DNA from: Macrostomum lignano
Lineage: Eukaryota
NCBI GenBank assembly: GCA_002269645.1
Contig: NIVC01002291.1
Coordinates: 124,001 to 188,000, forward strand
Direction: 5' to 3'
DNA length: 64,000 nt
The notes beneath the pieces are model-generated. The model had not been told where the DNA came from and did no database searches. It saw nothing but the letters and a program-made list of their open reading frames with translations. A program made the position numbers and the translations under genes. How positions within the stretch are numbered: the stretch's first letter is position 1; each line of letters begins with the position of its first letter. Shown here one piece after another: positions 1 to 13,300 of this stretch.

Positions 1-239
1 AATTTCTTTCTTTGGTTGTCTGTTTGAATCAAACTTGAAAATTTTTAGTAACAAAAATGAAAGGCGAAAATATTTTACCGAAATTAACAAAGTAAAACAT
101 GTTTCAAGTATTTCTTCATAAATTAAGCGTAATACCATATGATACTATTCACTTAATTTTGAATTTAGGAATGAAAAATGCAAAAACATGTGACAACCGG
201 TGTACTAGCTAAGCATTTCAGTTTTAAATTTAAATATTG

Positions 240-399
240 CGATTGTTGCAAAGTAACTGTAATGGACTTCCGAAATTTGAGTAACTTACTATTACTCCGT
301 TACTAAAATAAAAAAGTAACTTGCGTAAGGAACAATTTATGGAAAAGTAACTTGCATTACCATTTGCAAGTTACTCGGTAACAGAAGTGCCCAACACTG
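240..399. mobile_element. Right end of a hAT-like non-autonomous DNA element (other end not in window)
   Basis: TGCCCAACACTG at 388-399 is the reverse complement of a CAGTGTTGGG-type hAT terminus, preceded by several AAGTAAC(T) subterminal motifs. Confidence 0.45.
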
Positions 400-1400
400 C
401 CTTTAGGCAACCTCCAAGGCCTACTTATAGGCCTTGATGCTATGCTAGCTTGCATTGAAAGCATCAACTAGTTCACAATGCCAAGCATCATGTGCAACTC
501 TGGTAGTGGTACTGGGTCTAGCAGTTTAGCAGAATCACTTTTAGGTAGCAATGAGATTAGATGCAGTTGGCAAAGTTTTTTGGCTAGAGGCTAGTGTCCC
601 TGCCTGAAACTCACCTGCCAGGTGTCAAATTGAGCCAAGCATCTGTCTTTGTGCTGGCACTTCCCATGATGGCCTACCCTTATAGTACACTAGCAGCAAT
701 GTAATCTTGGTAGTTGATACAACTAGCCACTTGAACTTGGAGTAGGCATCCACCTGTACTAGAAGTCAGGCTTGCTTGCAGTTGCTTAGAAGCCAGAAGA
801 GGTGACTATACCTAGCTTCTCATATAGGAGACTGCAAGCTACATGCTACTTTGAGTTTGGGCTTAGGGCATCAAGATGGTAAAGCTTTGCTGCCTGTCCA
901 CATTGGGGCCTTAATCTATGTGCCACTGACAATGAGCACATTTTGCATTGTTTGAAAACACTGTCTACCATTGACCTAGGTACATTATTTGGAGAGCAAC
1001 CAAGTGGTATCACAATCCTTGCTGCAAACAGCAAACTTGTCTGGCATAAAAGGGTGACATATTGCTGCATTCTTGTTGGCCCTGCTAGAGCCCACATGGC
1101 ATATCTAGCAGTTGCAGTTGCACTCAAGGCATTTAAAAGTAAGTGGTGGAAGATAGTGCAGATAGGCAATAACTTGCTTGTATGACATTCTTGGTAGTAG
1201 AGGTGTTGATGCAGGTCTGTTACCAGTTACCATTGATATCATTGATACTTTCTTCATTGATATGATATATATAATATTAAGCCATTGGATATCTATCTTT
1301 CTTTCTAACTATCTATTGGTTGAAGCTAAGAAAGTAAGAGGGTATAGGCTTTGTAACTCCAAGGGGTTTGAATAATGTCTATGGCCACTTATGAGTATAG
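400..1400 (-). pseudogene. Decayed Gypsy/Ginger-type integrase relic
   Basis: Minus strand gives GPTRMQ...VPRSMVDSVFKQCKMC (HHCC-like zinc domain) and, after a frame change, LLVQVDAYSKFKWL (resembles the integrase core VVDxxSK); stops and frameshifts present. Confidence 0.5.
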
Positions 1401-1479
1401 TTTTATAAAGGAGAGATTCTAGGTCACGTGAAAGACTAAATTGTCTATGGCCATTTCAGCTAGCTGCTATCTAGTATTA

Positions 1480-2265
1480 GGCTCATTCCATATAAGATGG
1501 ACATATTTGGAAAATAGAAAAAAGTCAATATTTTTGCTTGCCATTGCCTAATTAGCCTATTTTTTTACCAAATGTTTATATTGTGCAATATATACAATCT
1601 AAGAATAAAGGAATGGTAAAATGTTGGATTAGTATGTTATCAATTGGCAAAAAGTCATTTTTGTAAAAATTTGGACATTTTTTGAAGCAAAAGACATTAT
1701 TAAGATTTTGTACCTTTTAAAAACAAATAGAAAGCTTTTGAAGGTTGAAACAAACTATAGATAAAAGTATAGTACTTGCATCATCAGATAAAAGCATTGG
1801 TGACCAAATAATCTATTATATTTTTAATGTATTAGTACCTCAAAGTTACTGAATTGACAGAAAAAAATATGTTACGACCATAATGTTACGACCATAAGGC
1901 TGCCTTTTCTTTTGTATCTTTGTTGCCTTTTGAGTTTATATATTCTAATAAAAGAGTATGATTTCTAAAGATGTTCTTAGTCAAATTTTTAAAATGTATT
2001 GCAAAATATCAAAAATGAAAAATGTTATAAGACTTTTACCTTTTAGTTTCTATATGTCAAAAATCCTGTCGTTACGACCATAAGTGTCATTTAAGGTTTA
2101 ATAGCATCTATACTAATGATGATATCTATATGAAACTCTATAAATATATTCTAGACAAAATAATCTTTCATTTAAAATATTGGTTTAGTATATTCTATTA
2201 TTAGATTTCATTTTATAAGTAAAAATAACCTGTCATGTTACGACCATGCTTATATGGAATGAGCC
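1480..2265. mobile_element. MITE, 786 bp, 17-bp TIR, ATTA direct repeat on both flanks
   Basis: GGCTCATTCCATATAAG at 1480-1496 and its exact reverse complement at 2249-2265; ATTA at 1476-1479 and 2266-2269; AT-rich non-coding interior. Confidence 0.8.
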
Positions 2266-2693
2266 ATTATAAAATTGTGAAAAAATTGTGCCTCAAAGTA
2301 AAGTGGTTAACTAAATATAATTTAAATTTGCACCAAAAAGACATTGTTGAACACTATAAACTATATTGAAACACCTAATGCAGTTCATTAAATCTGGAAA
2401 AAATTCAAACACTTTATAAACACAGGCTTTAAAGGTATTTAAAGATAAGAGTTGATAGTTTAAATAGCTTAGTTAGATTAATCTTATACTTTTCCATTAG
2501 CTGGCTTGTAAACTTTTGCCTTCAAAACAGAATTTAGAATTTTTCCCATCTAACATCGGAACCCGCGAATTCTTTGAATTTATGTGTCTGCAAAAGACAA
2601 AAGGATGAGGATATCTTTTCCAAAACTTTAGATAAGATTAGATCAATAACTTTTACAAATTTTCCATCAACTTGCTGTTTCTGCAGTTTAGGA

Positions 2694-4256
2694 ATGAGCA
2701 GCGATTCTCCTGCAGATGATTTGTATGGCAAAATATGGGAGGCATCCAGCAAGGATGATAGAGAGGAACCCAAGCCATTGTTCTCGCCTCCGCCAACATC
2801 CCCACCACCGCCTCCGCCAACATCCCCACCGCCGCCTCCGCCAACATCCCCACCGCCGCCTCCGCCAACATGTGAGCCACCTCTCCCCCCGCCGCCTGCA
2901 TCAGCTTCCACCGATGTGGCAGTCCGGTCAACTCTATGCAGTACCCGGTATTTAGGTGCTCCGTCAGATCATTCCCAGCTGCCCAGCTGCGTCTCTGTAG
3001 TCATGGATGCAGAGTCTGGCGACGAATTAGAAGCTGGCTCTGACGAGAATATCTATTCTGATTTGACTTTGGACGAGAAGATGCGAATTACCAGCATCTC
3101 AGAGGAGGATTACCTGCGCGAAGGATTTATGCAGATGCAGTACGGCTATCGCTGGATTAAGCGTTACCTTCGGCTCACCAATTACGAGTTGTTTATCTAT
3201 GCGAAACAGTCTAGCAGCGTTTCCAAGAAAATTTTGCCACTAAGCAAACTGCTGGATGTCAGGGTAAACAAAGGCAAGTTGGAGCTCGCTCTGAGCATGG
3301 ACCGGCCGATCACCTTAGTGTTCAGGTAAATCACTACTTAATGATCTAATAGACTTATTAGTACGCACTTATGAACTCTAACCATTCAGTAGACTGCGAG
3401 ATGCCCTCCCAGATCTGTCAGTAGACTGCGAACTGCCCTCCCAGATCTGTCAGTAGACTGCGAACTGCGAACTGCCCTCCCAGATCTGTCAGTAGACTGC
3501 AAACTGCCCTCTCAAATCTGTCAGTAGACTGCAAACTGCCCTCTCAAATCTGTCAGTAGACTGCGAACTGCCCTCTCAAATCTGTCAGTAGACTGCGAAC
3601 TGCCCTCTCAAATCTGTCAGTAGACTGCGAACTGCCCTCTCAAATCTGTCAGTAGACTGCGAACTGCCCTCCCATATCTGTCAGTAGACTGCGAACTGCC
3701 CTCCCAGATCTGTCAGTGCACTTTAAACACATTGATGCCATTTAATTTCAACTATTCAAATATTTCGATAACATTGAGACGTATTTCTGGTCTGAGAACT
3801 GCACTACATCCTGAAGACTAAAGCGAGAGCTTTCAAACGATGCCCGCATATCCTTATTTTATTGGTTTAAATTGTCTCAAGGCAGTGCAGTCGGTATGAC
3901 TGCGCCCTCATCTTTGCGTACATCGCCAAGTACACGAGTATATGTTCGTTTTTATCACCCCTCTCCGCTCTCCTTCTCTCTTCCGTTGCATCTCTCGCAG
4001 AACAACTAGATTTTGTTAACAAAACCGAAGTTAGCCTAAGCATTACAGTAAATGCTAGCTTCATATTATGATAAGGCACAGATACAGACACTATGGCTGT
4101 TTTAAAAGCGGCCCTCTAGGCTCCTTACACTTGTTTCTAAATTTAGCTCAGCCGACATTCCACCCCCCCCCGAGTTAGTTCGCCTCACGCAGACTTCATC
4201 CATCGCTGAAGCTACTCTTAGTAACAAGATGAAGCTTCCGCTGTACTTTTTGATGC

Positions 4257-4304
<48 letters not shown>

Positions 4305-7300
4305 GTTATGAGTTGCGACTGGCACACACAGGGCCGTTGACGATTCGGCAGAGGAAACCTATGACGAGCCGCCGGAGACGGTGTGGCAGAACTGCATCTA
4401 TAGTAGAATCATCTCTTTGAACTTGCCGCCGGGCTTCCTAGACGAGGAAGAGCTCGGCTGGGCTAAAGTGGTCGGCCGGCACAAATACTTATTCGCATTG
4501 AATCGGAGGCGAGCCTATTTAGCCTACTATCGATCCGATGAAGAGTTCCGCGCTCACGTGCAGACTCATCGGATGTCTTTGCGCACCTGCTTAATAAAAC
4601 CCAATCCTACTAAGTCCGGCCTAGATCTGATATCGGCCAGTGTCCGGCTAACTCTGCAATTCGAGGACAGTCAGCGCTTGGAGAAATTTCGCTTGTTAGT
4701 TGAATCGGCCATTCGCACTGATTGGACAGGCGAGGAGTCTGAGCCAGCCGCCGCCGCTGCCACAGACGCTTCAGCAACCACCAACCCCAGCCAGCAGCTT
4801 CTCCAGGTCGACTCGACCTTGTCCACTTCCACATCGTCTCTGAGCCTGCCTGTTCGTCATCAGCGGTCAGCTTCAGACAGTTCAGCAGTAGCAGCAGCAG
4901 CAGCAGCAGCCGTGATGACCGCCGTGCTTAAAAACGAATCAAATCGAGTTTGCGGAGACTGCGGCGCCGCTAATCCGCTGTGGGCCTCATTGAATCTCTG
5001 CGTCACCCTGTGCGACGATTGCAGCGGGCATCACAGAAAACTGAGCACCGACTTCTCCAAGGTGCACGGGCTTAAATTTGACGTGAAAGTCTGGACTGAC
5101 GAAGTTGTACAGCTCTTTTTGCAGCTCGGAAACGGTGCTTCCAACAGGTGAGACTAATTCTGCGATTGGGCTGCGCTGCCAGCCTCTCAGATCCTCTGTT
5201 TCTGGGCCAGCCTCCCAGATCCTCAGTTTCTGGGCCAGCCTCCCAGATCCTCAGTTGCTGGGCCGGCCTCCCAGAGCCTCAGTTGTTGGGCCAGCCTCTC
5301 AGATCCTCTGTTTCTGGGCCACAGCCTCCCAAATCCACAGTTGCTGAGCCAGCCTCCCAGATCCTCAGTTGCTGGGCCAGCCTCCCAGATCCTCAGTTGC
5401 TGGGCCAGCCTCCCAGATCCTCAGTTGCTGGGCCAGCCTCCCAGATCCTCAGTTGCTGGGCCAGCCTCTCAGATCCTCAGTTGCTGGGCCAGCCTCCCAG
5501 ATCCTCAGTTGCTGGGCCAGCCTCCCAGATCCTCAGTTGCTGGGCCAGCCTCTCAGATCCTCAGTTGCTGGGCCAGCCTCCCAGATCCTCAGTTGCTGGG
5601 CCACCGCCTCCCAAATCCTCAGTTGCTGGGCCAGCCTCCCAGATCCTCAGTTGCTGGGCCACCGCTACCCGATCCCAGATCCTCATGCAGAGCCGCAAGC
5701 CAGGCAACACAGTTACAAACGCAGCCTGCTGCACCCGGCTCCCATCCAAATTCAGTTTCTGGTGCCACAAGGAGCAGCCCAGGGTGGCGCTGCGGCAGTT
5801 CGCGACCCCCCAGGACCGGCTAAATTACATAGTTCGCAAATACGTTCGCAAAGCCTACGCCGACGACACGCCGCCCCTGGAGTTCGCCAACAGCAACCCG
5901 TTGGAGGCGGTGATGCGCGCGATCCACCTGTCCAAGTTGGACTCCGTTCAGCACCTGATCTCGGACAATTCTCTAGAGAAAAAGCTTGTAGATTTGAATA
6001 GAAAAGCTGTAGGCGAAGTCCTACTGTGGGATCAGTGCATCACTAGCGGCGAACAGTTGTGGCTGTGTTTGCGGTCCAACGGCTTACTGTGTCTGTATAA
6101 ACAGGAGATGTCTGTAAAAGAGAAACTAGACTGCTCTCATTTGTGCTTCCTGCAACTGTCTGGCAGCTTTCTGCAGCTGGCAACTGAGGCTGCATCGTTT
6201 CAACTGGCTATTAAAGAGCGACTGAGCGCCTGGTGGCATCAGCTGTGCAAGCATCTGCTGCCCGGCCTAACAGATGAGGCCGCCGCCAATCAGTACAATA
6301 TGGTGCTTAAAGTCACCGTGCAGATGGCAGAGTTTGGCAGCGAACCCCTGGACTGCATTCTGGTAGGTTTATACAGTACTCCAGCCTCTAGATGGCTTCG
6401 TTCACTAATCACCCTGACAATTGTCCCCAAATCAGCCTGACAATTGTCCCCAAATCACCCTGACAATTGTCCCCAAATCACCCTGACAATTGTCCCCAAA
6501 TCAGCCTGACAATTGTCCCCAAATCAGCCTGACAATTGTCCTCAAATCAGCCTGACAATTGTCCCCAAATCAGCCTGACAATTGTCCCCAAATCAGCCTG
6601 ACAATTGTCCCCAAATCAGCCTGACAATTGTCCCCAAATCAGCCTGACAATTGTCCCTTAAATTAGCCTGACAATTGTCCCCAAATCAGCCTGACAATTG
6701 TCCCCAAATCAGCCTGACAATTGTCCCCAAATCAGCCTGACAATTGTCCCCAAATCAGCCTGACAATTGTCCCCAAATCAGCCTGACAATTGTCCCCAAA
6801 TCAGCCTGACAATTGTCCCCAAATCACCCTGACAATTGTCCCCAAATCAGCCTGACAATTTTCCTCAAATCAGCCTGACAATTGTCCCCAAATCAGCCTG
6901 ACAATTGTCCCTTAAATTAGCCTGACAATTGTCCCCAAATCAGCCTGACAATTGTCCCCAAATCAGCCTGACAATTGTCCCCAAATCAGCCTGACAATTG
7001 TCCCCAAATCACCCTGACAATTGTCCCCAAATCAGCCTGACAATTGTCCCCAAATCAGCCTGACAATTGTCCCCAAATCAGCCTGACAATTGTCCCCAAA
7101 TCAGCCTGACAATTGTCCCCAAATCAGCCTGACAATTGTCCTCAAATCAGCCTGACAATTGTCCCCAAATCAGCCTGACAATTGTCCCCAAATCACCCTG
7201 ACAATTGTCCCTTAAATTAGCCTGACAATTGTCCCCAAATCAGCCTGACAATTGTCCCCAAATCACCCTGACAATTGTCCCCAAATCAGCCTGACAATTG

Positions 7301-10300
7301 TCACCAAATCAGCCTGACAATTGTCCTCAAATCAGCCTGACGATTGTCCCCAAATCACCCTGACAATTGTCTCCAAATCAGCCTGACAATTGTCCCCAAA
7401 TCAGCCTGACAATTGTCTCCAAATCAGCCTGACAATTGTCCCCAAATCAGCCTGACAATTGTCCCCAAATCACCCTGACAATTGTCCCCAAATCAGCCTG
7501 ACAATTGTCCCCAAATCAGCCTGACAATTGTCCTCAAATCAGCCTGACAATTGTCCCCAAATCAGCCTGACAATTGTCCTCAAATCAGCCTGACAATTGT
7601 CCTCAAATCAGCCTGACGATTGTCCTCAAATCACCCTGACAATCGTCCTCAAATCAGCCTGACAATTGTCCCCAAATCAGCCTGACAATTGTCCCCAAAT
7701 CAGCCTGACAATTGTCCCCAAATCAGTCTGACAATTGTCCTCAAATCAGCCTGACAATTGTCCCTTAAATTAGCCTGACAATTGTCCCCAAATCAGCCTG
7801 ACAATTGTCCCCAAATCAGCCTGACAATTGTCCCCAAATCAGCCTGACAATTGTCCCCAAATCACCCTGACAATTGTCCCTTAAATTAGCCTGACAATTG
7901 TCCCCAAATCAGCCTGACAATTGTCCCCAAATCACCCTGACAATTGTCCCCAAATCAGCCTGACAATTGTCACCAAATCACCCTGACAATTGTCCCCAAA
8001 TCAGCCTGACAATTGTCCCCAAATCAGCCTGACAATTGTCCCCAAATCAGCCTGACAATTGTCCCCAAATCAGCCTGACAATTGTCCTCAAATCAGCCTG
8101 ACAATTGTCCCCAAATCACCCTGACAATTGTCCCCAAATCCACCTGGCAATTGTCTCCAAATCAGCCTGACAATTGTCCCCAAATCCACCTGGCAATTGT
8201 CTCCAAATCAGCCTGACAATTGTCTCCAAATCACCCTGACAATTGTCCCCAAATCAGCCTGACAATTGTCCCCAAATCAGCCTGACAATTGTCCCCAAAT
8301 CAGCCTGACAATTGTCCCCAAATCAGCCTGACAATTGTCACCAAATCAGCCTGACAATTGTCCCCAAATCACCCTGACAATTGTCTCCAAATCAGCCTGA
8401 CAATTGTCCCCAAATCAGCCTGACAATTGTCTCCAAATCAGCCTGACAATTGTCTTCAAATCAGCCTGACAATTGTCCCCAAATCAGCCTGACAATTGTC
8501 CCCAAATCAGCCTGACAATTGTCCCCAAATCAGCCTGACAATTGTCCCCAAATCACCCTGACAATTGTCCTCAAATCAGCCTGACAATTGTCTTCAAATC
8601 ACCCTGACAATTGTCCTCAAATCACCCTGACAATTTTCCTCAAATCAGCCTGACAATTGTCCCTTAAATTAGCCTGACAATTGTCCCCAAATCAGCCTGA
8701 CAATTGTCCCCAAATCACCCTGACAATTGTCCCCAAATCAGCCTGACAATTCCGTCACCTACAAACAGGCATTCGGCCAGCGCCGCATGTGGGTGGTCAC
8801 AGAGGGGCAGCTGGCCCCAGATCCAAAGCTCTGCTTTGACCTGCGCCACGTGCAGAGCTATCGCCAGTCTAACGACCAGCCTTGCTGCGTTCACCTGTGC
8901 CTGCCGCGCGGTCCGAAACAAGACGCCGTCAATTTGCGCATAGTCTCTCCGTCACCGAACCATGCCAACGAGCTGCTGCGCGCGCTAGAATCCGCCCTAA
9001 TTAGCGGGCAGAGTCTCGAGGACCAGCCGTTAGATTCTAAAGGCTTGCCATTATTGGCCTCCGCTTGCCTGCATTTCGTGGCCAACTACGGCTTTGAGAC
9101 TGAGGGCATCTACAGGCTGGCCGGAAACCAGCAGCGGGTGGCGGAACTGCTTGCCGAATTCAAAAAGTCGCCGCTCAAATTTCGCTTGTTCTATACTCAG
9201 GTGAGACTCCGATATTCCCTACCCATGAAAGAAGTAAGAGGCGGGCAGTTATGCTGGATGAAGGCATTTATAATGCTGCGAGAGGATTAGGATTGGATAA
9301 GAGCAATGCTGGGGTTTGATTATGATTGGATTATAGTGATGCTGGGAGTGGATTAGGGGTGGGATTAGAGTGATGCTAGGAGTGGATTAGGGGTGGGATT
9401 AGAGTGATGCTGGGAGTGGATTAGGTCGGATTAGAGTGATGCTAGGAGTGGATTAGGGGTGGGATTAGAGTGATGCTAGGAGTGGATTAGGGGTGGGATT
9501 AGATTGATGCTGAGAGTGGATTAGGTGGGATTAGAGTGATGCTAGGAGTGGATTAGGGGTGGGATTAGAGTGATGCTAGAAGTGGATTAGGGGTGGGATT
9601 AGAGTGATGCTAGGAGTGGATTAGGGGTAGGATTAGAGTGATGCTAGGAGTGGATTAGGGGTGGGATTAGAGTGATGCTAGGAGTGGATTAGGGGTGGGA
9701 TTAGAGTGATGCTGGGGTGGATTACGATGGGATTAGAGCGGTGCTAGGAGTGGATTAGGATTGGATTAGAGCAATGCTGGGGGTTGATTAGGATTGGATT
9801 AGAGTGATGCTAGGAGTGGATTAGGGGTGGGATTAGAGTGATGCTAGGGTGGATTACGATGGGATTAGAGCGGTGCTAGGAGTGGATTAGGATTGGATTA
9901 GAGCAATGCTGGGGGTTGATTAGGATTGGATTAGAGTGATGCTAGGAGTGGATTAGGGGTGGGATTAGAGTGATGCTGGGGTGGATTACGATGGGATTAG
10001 AGCGGTGCTAGGAGTGGATTAGGATTGGATTAGAGCAATGCTGGGGGTTGATTAGGATTGGATTAGAGTGATGCTAGGAGTGGATTAGGGGTGGGATTAG
10101 AGTGATGCTGGGAGTGGATTAGGGGTGGGATTAGAGTGATGCTGGGGTTGGATTACGATGGGATTAGAGCGGTGCTAGGAGTGGATTAGGGGTGGGATTA
10201 GAGTGATGCTGGGAGTGGATTAGGGGTGGGATAAGAGTGATGCTGGGAGTGGATTAGGGGTAGGATTAGAGCAATGCTGGGAGAACGATAACTTTGCTAG

Positions 10301-13300
10301 AAGGCAAGTAGGATGGGATGGGAAGGCTGTTGGAAGAAAATCAGGTGAGGAATGATGCTGGATGTCAACATGTGGGGCATTGGAATGGAGATTCAACAGT
10401 GTAATCTGCATCCGTATCTGTCCCCGCATCAAAAATCCAACCAATATAATCGACAGGAGAGCGATGTGCACGTGGCCACGGGGCTGTTGAAGCTGTTTCT
10501 CCGCGACCTGTCGGATCCGCCGCTGCCGCCCCGCCTGACAGAGAAGCTGGTGTTAGCCAATGAAAATCCTAGCCAATGCGCCGAGCATTTGCGTCAGTTA
10601 AAAAAACGCCGTCCAGTCAGTTACGCATTTTTGCGAGCCCTGATACTGCACACAGCTGTGCTGATTGGTTACAGCCAGCAGAACAAAATGAGCCTGGAGA
10701 ATATGTCTCTCATTTTGGGACAGAGTCTGCGCCCGTCTGAGAATGCTGGCGAGGTCTGTTTGCACAGTGAAGTATTTCTTTCATTGATGCTAGATCTCAC
10801 GTATTGATTGCTGTCCTCAGACAGTTAAGGTGTTCGCCCAGATCCCCCGCTGTTCTCCCAGATCCTCAAGTGTCCTCCCAGATCCTCAGGTGTTCTCCCA
10901 GATCCTCGGGTGTTCGCCCAGATCCTCGGGTGTTCTCCCAGATCCCCAGGTGTTCTCCCAGATCCCCAGCTGTTCTCCCAGATCCTCAAGTGTCCTCCCA
11001 GATCCTCGGGTGTTCGCCCAGATCCTCGGGTGTTCTCCCAGATCCCCAGGTGTTCTCCCAGATCCCCAGCTGTTCTCCCAGATCCTCAAGTGTCCTCCCA
11101 GATCCCCAGGTGTTCTCCCAGATCCCCAGGTGTTCGCCCAGATCTCCAGCTGTTCTTCCAGATCCTCAAGTGTCCTCCCAGATCCTCGGGTGTTCTCTCA
11201 GATCCTCGGGTGTTCGCCCAGATCCCCAGGTGTTCGCCCAGATCCCCAGCTGTTCGCCCAGATCCCCAGCTGTTCTTCCAGATCCTCAAGTGTCCTCCCA
11301 GATCCTCGGGTGTTCTCTCAGATCCTCGGGTGTTCGCCCAGATCCCCAGGTGTTCGCCCAGATCCCCAGGTGTTCTCCCAGACCCCAGCTGTTCTCCCAG
11401 ATCCCCAGGTGTTCTCCCAGATTCTCGGGTGTTCTCCCAGATCCTCAGGTGTTCTCCCAGATCCTGAAGTGTCGTCCCAGATCCCCAGGTGTTCCCCAGA
11501 TCCTCATGTGTTCTCCCAGATCCTCATGTGTTCTCCCAGATCCTCTGGTGTTCTCCCAGATCCTCGGGTGTTCTTCCAAAATCCTAAATCCTCAGGTGTT
11601 CACTCAGATCCCCAGGTGTTCTCCTAGATCCCCAGCTGTTCTCCCAGATCCCCAGGTGTTTCCCCAAATTCCCAGGTGTTCTCCCAGATCCCAGATGTTT
11701 CCCCAGATCCCCAGGTGTTCTCCCAGATCCCCAGCTGTTCTCCCAGATCCTCAAGTGTCCTCCCAGATCCTCGGGTGTTCGCCCAGATCCTCGGGTGTTC
11801 TCCCAGATCCCCAGGTGTTCTCCCAGATCCCCTGCTGTTCTCCCAGATCCTCAAGTGTCCTCCTAGATCCCCAGCTGTTCTCCCAGATCCCCAGGTGTTT
11901 CCCCAAATTCCCAGGTGGTCTCACAGATCCCCAGGTATTTATCACCACCCTCGCAGTTCCTCTATCCTCTCACCCTGCCTAGGGCAGCATCATCCAGTGC
12001 AGGCTCCATATCGTTGCCAATTTTGCTGGCCAAATTCCAGGTGATGCCAATCTCCAAGCTTGTCCAGTTGATGGTTCGAAACCGACAGCAGATTCTAAAC
12101 ATCACGGACGAGGAGGTGGATCACGAGAAGAGCATGTACCAGCAGGCTAAGCGTATTATCGATCAGCAGCAGCAGTCAACGCATCAGCAGCAGCCCCCAG
12201 TCGCCGTCGCCGATATTCTCATCCCCGTGTTCATCGGCGAAGAGACCGACCTGTCAGTGAACGTTCGCGTCGCGTCTAGTACGGATGCTCGCGACATTGT
12301 GCGGCTGGCCTGCGAAAAGCTTACTAGTCGCAACTTAAAGGTGAGCTGCCTGTTTCACGGAGCTTTTGCTATGAGCTACAGCTGACCATAGACAGCATTT
12401 GCTATGAGCTACAGCTGACCATAGAGAGACAGCATTTGCTATGAGCTACAGCTGACCATAGAGAGACAGCATTTGCTATGAGCTACAGCTGACCATAGAG
12501 AGACAGCATTTGCTATGAGCTACAGCTGACCATAGAGAGACAGCATTTGCTATGAGCTACAGCTGACCATAGACAGCATTTGCTATGAGCTACAGCTGAC
12601 CATGGACAGCATTTGCTATGAGCTACAGCTGACCATAGACAGCATTTGCTATGAGCTACAGCTGACCATAGACAGCATTTGCTATGAGCTACAGCTGACC
12701 ATGGACAGCATTTGCTATGAGCTACAGCTGACCATAGACACCATTTGCTATGAGCTACAGCTGACCATAGACAGCATTTGCTATGAGCTACAGCTGACCA
12801 TGGACAGCATTTGCTATGAGCTACAGCTGACTCTAAAAGCAGCTCATACCATGAGATTCAGTTGATAAAAGCATAATACAAAAAACCTTAAAATCCGGTT
12901 TCCAGGCTGACTCTTGCTGCCTATTCGAAACCATGGAAACGCTGGCTTCCGGGAGCGATCACGTCACCACCTCGGACCAATGTGAAACTGACACTATGGA
13001 ATCGGATGTGGCAGACGAGCTGGCTCGGGTCAATCAGTGCACCCAAATGGAGCGATTGGTTGATCCCAGAGAATTGGTTAAGCCCATACTCAATCGGTGG
13101 CAGGTGAGGGGGCGTGAGGGGTTTTTAATATGCACTGCTAATAACGGATGTTTATTATTGCGGTTGCATAGACAACCTTGGGAAGTAATAAGAACTTGAA
13201 TTATTAGTTAATTAGATATAAGCAACTGTATGATAAGTTAGTTAGAGGTAAGCACCTGGATGATTAGTTAGTTAGAGATAAGCACCTGGATGATTAGTTA

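Noticed and set aside
6414-8750. CRISPR-like palindromic repeats
   Set aside because: No unique spacers or cas genes; a head-to-tail minisatellite in a eukaryotic intron
10804-12044. Multiple 120-390-aa repetitive ORFs
   Set aside because: Translations of a 20-bp intronic repeat between RhoGAP exons
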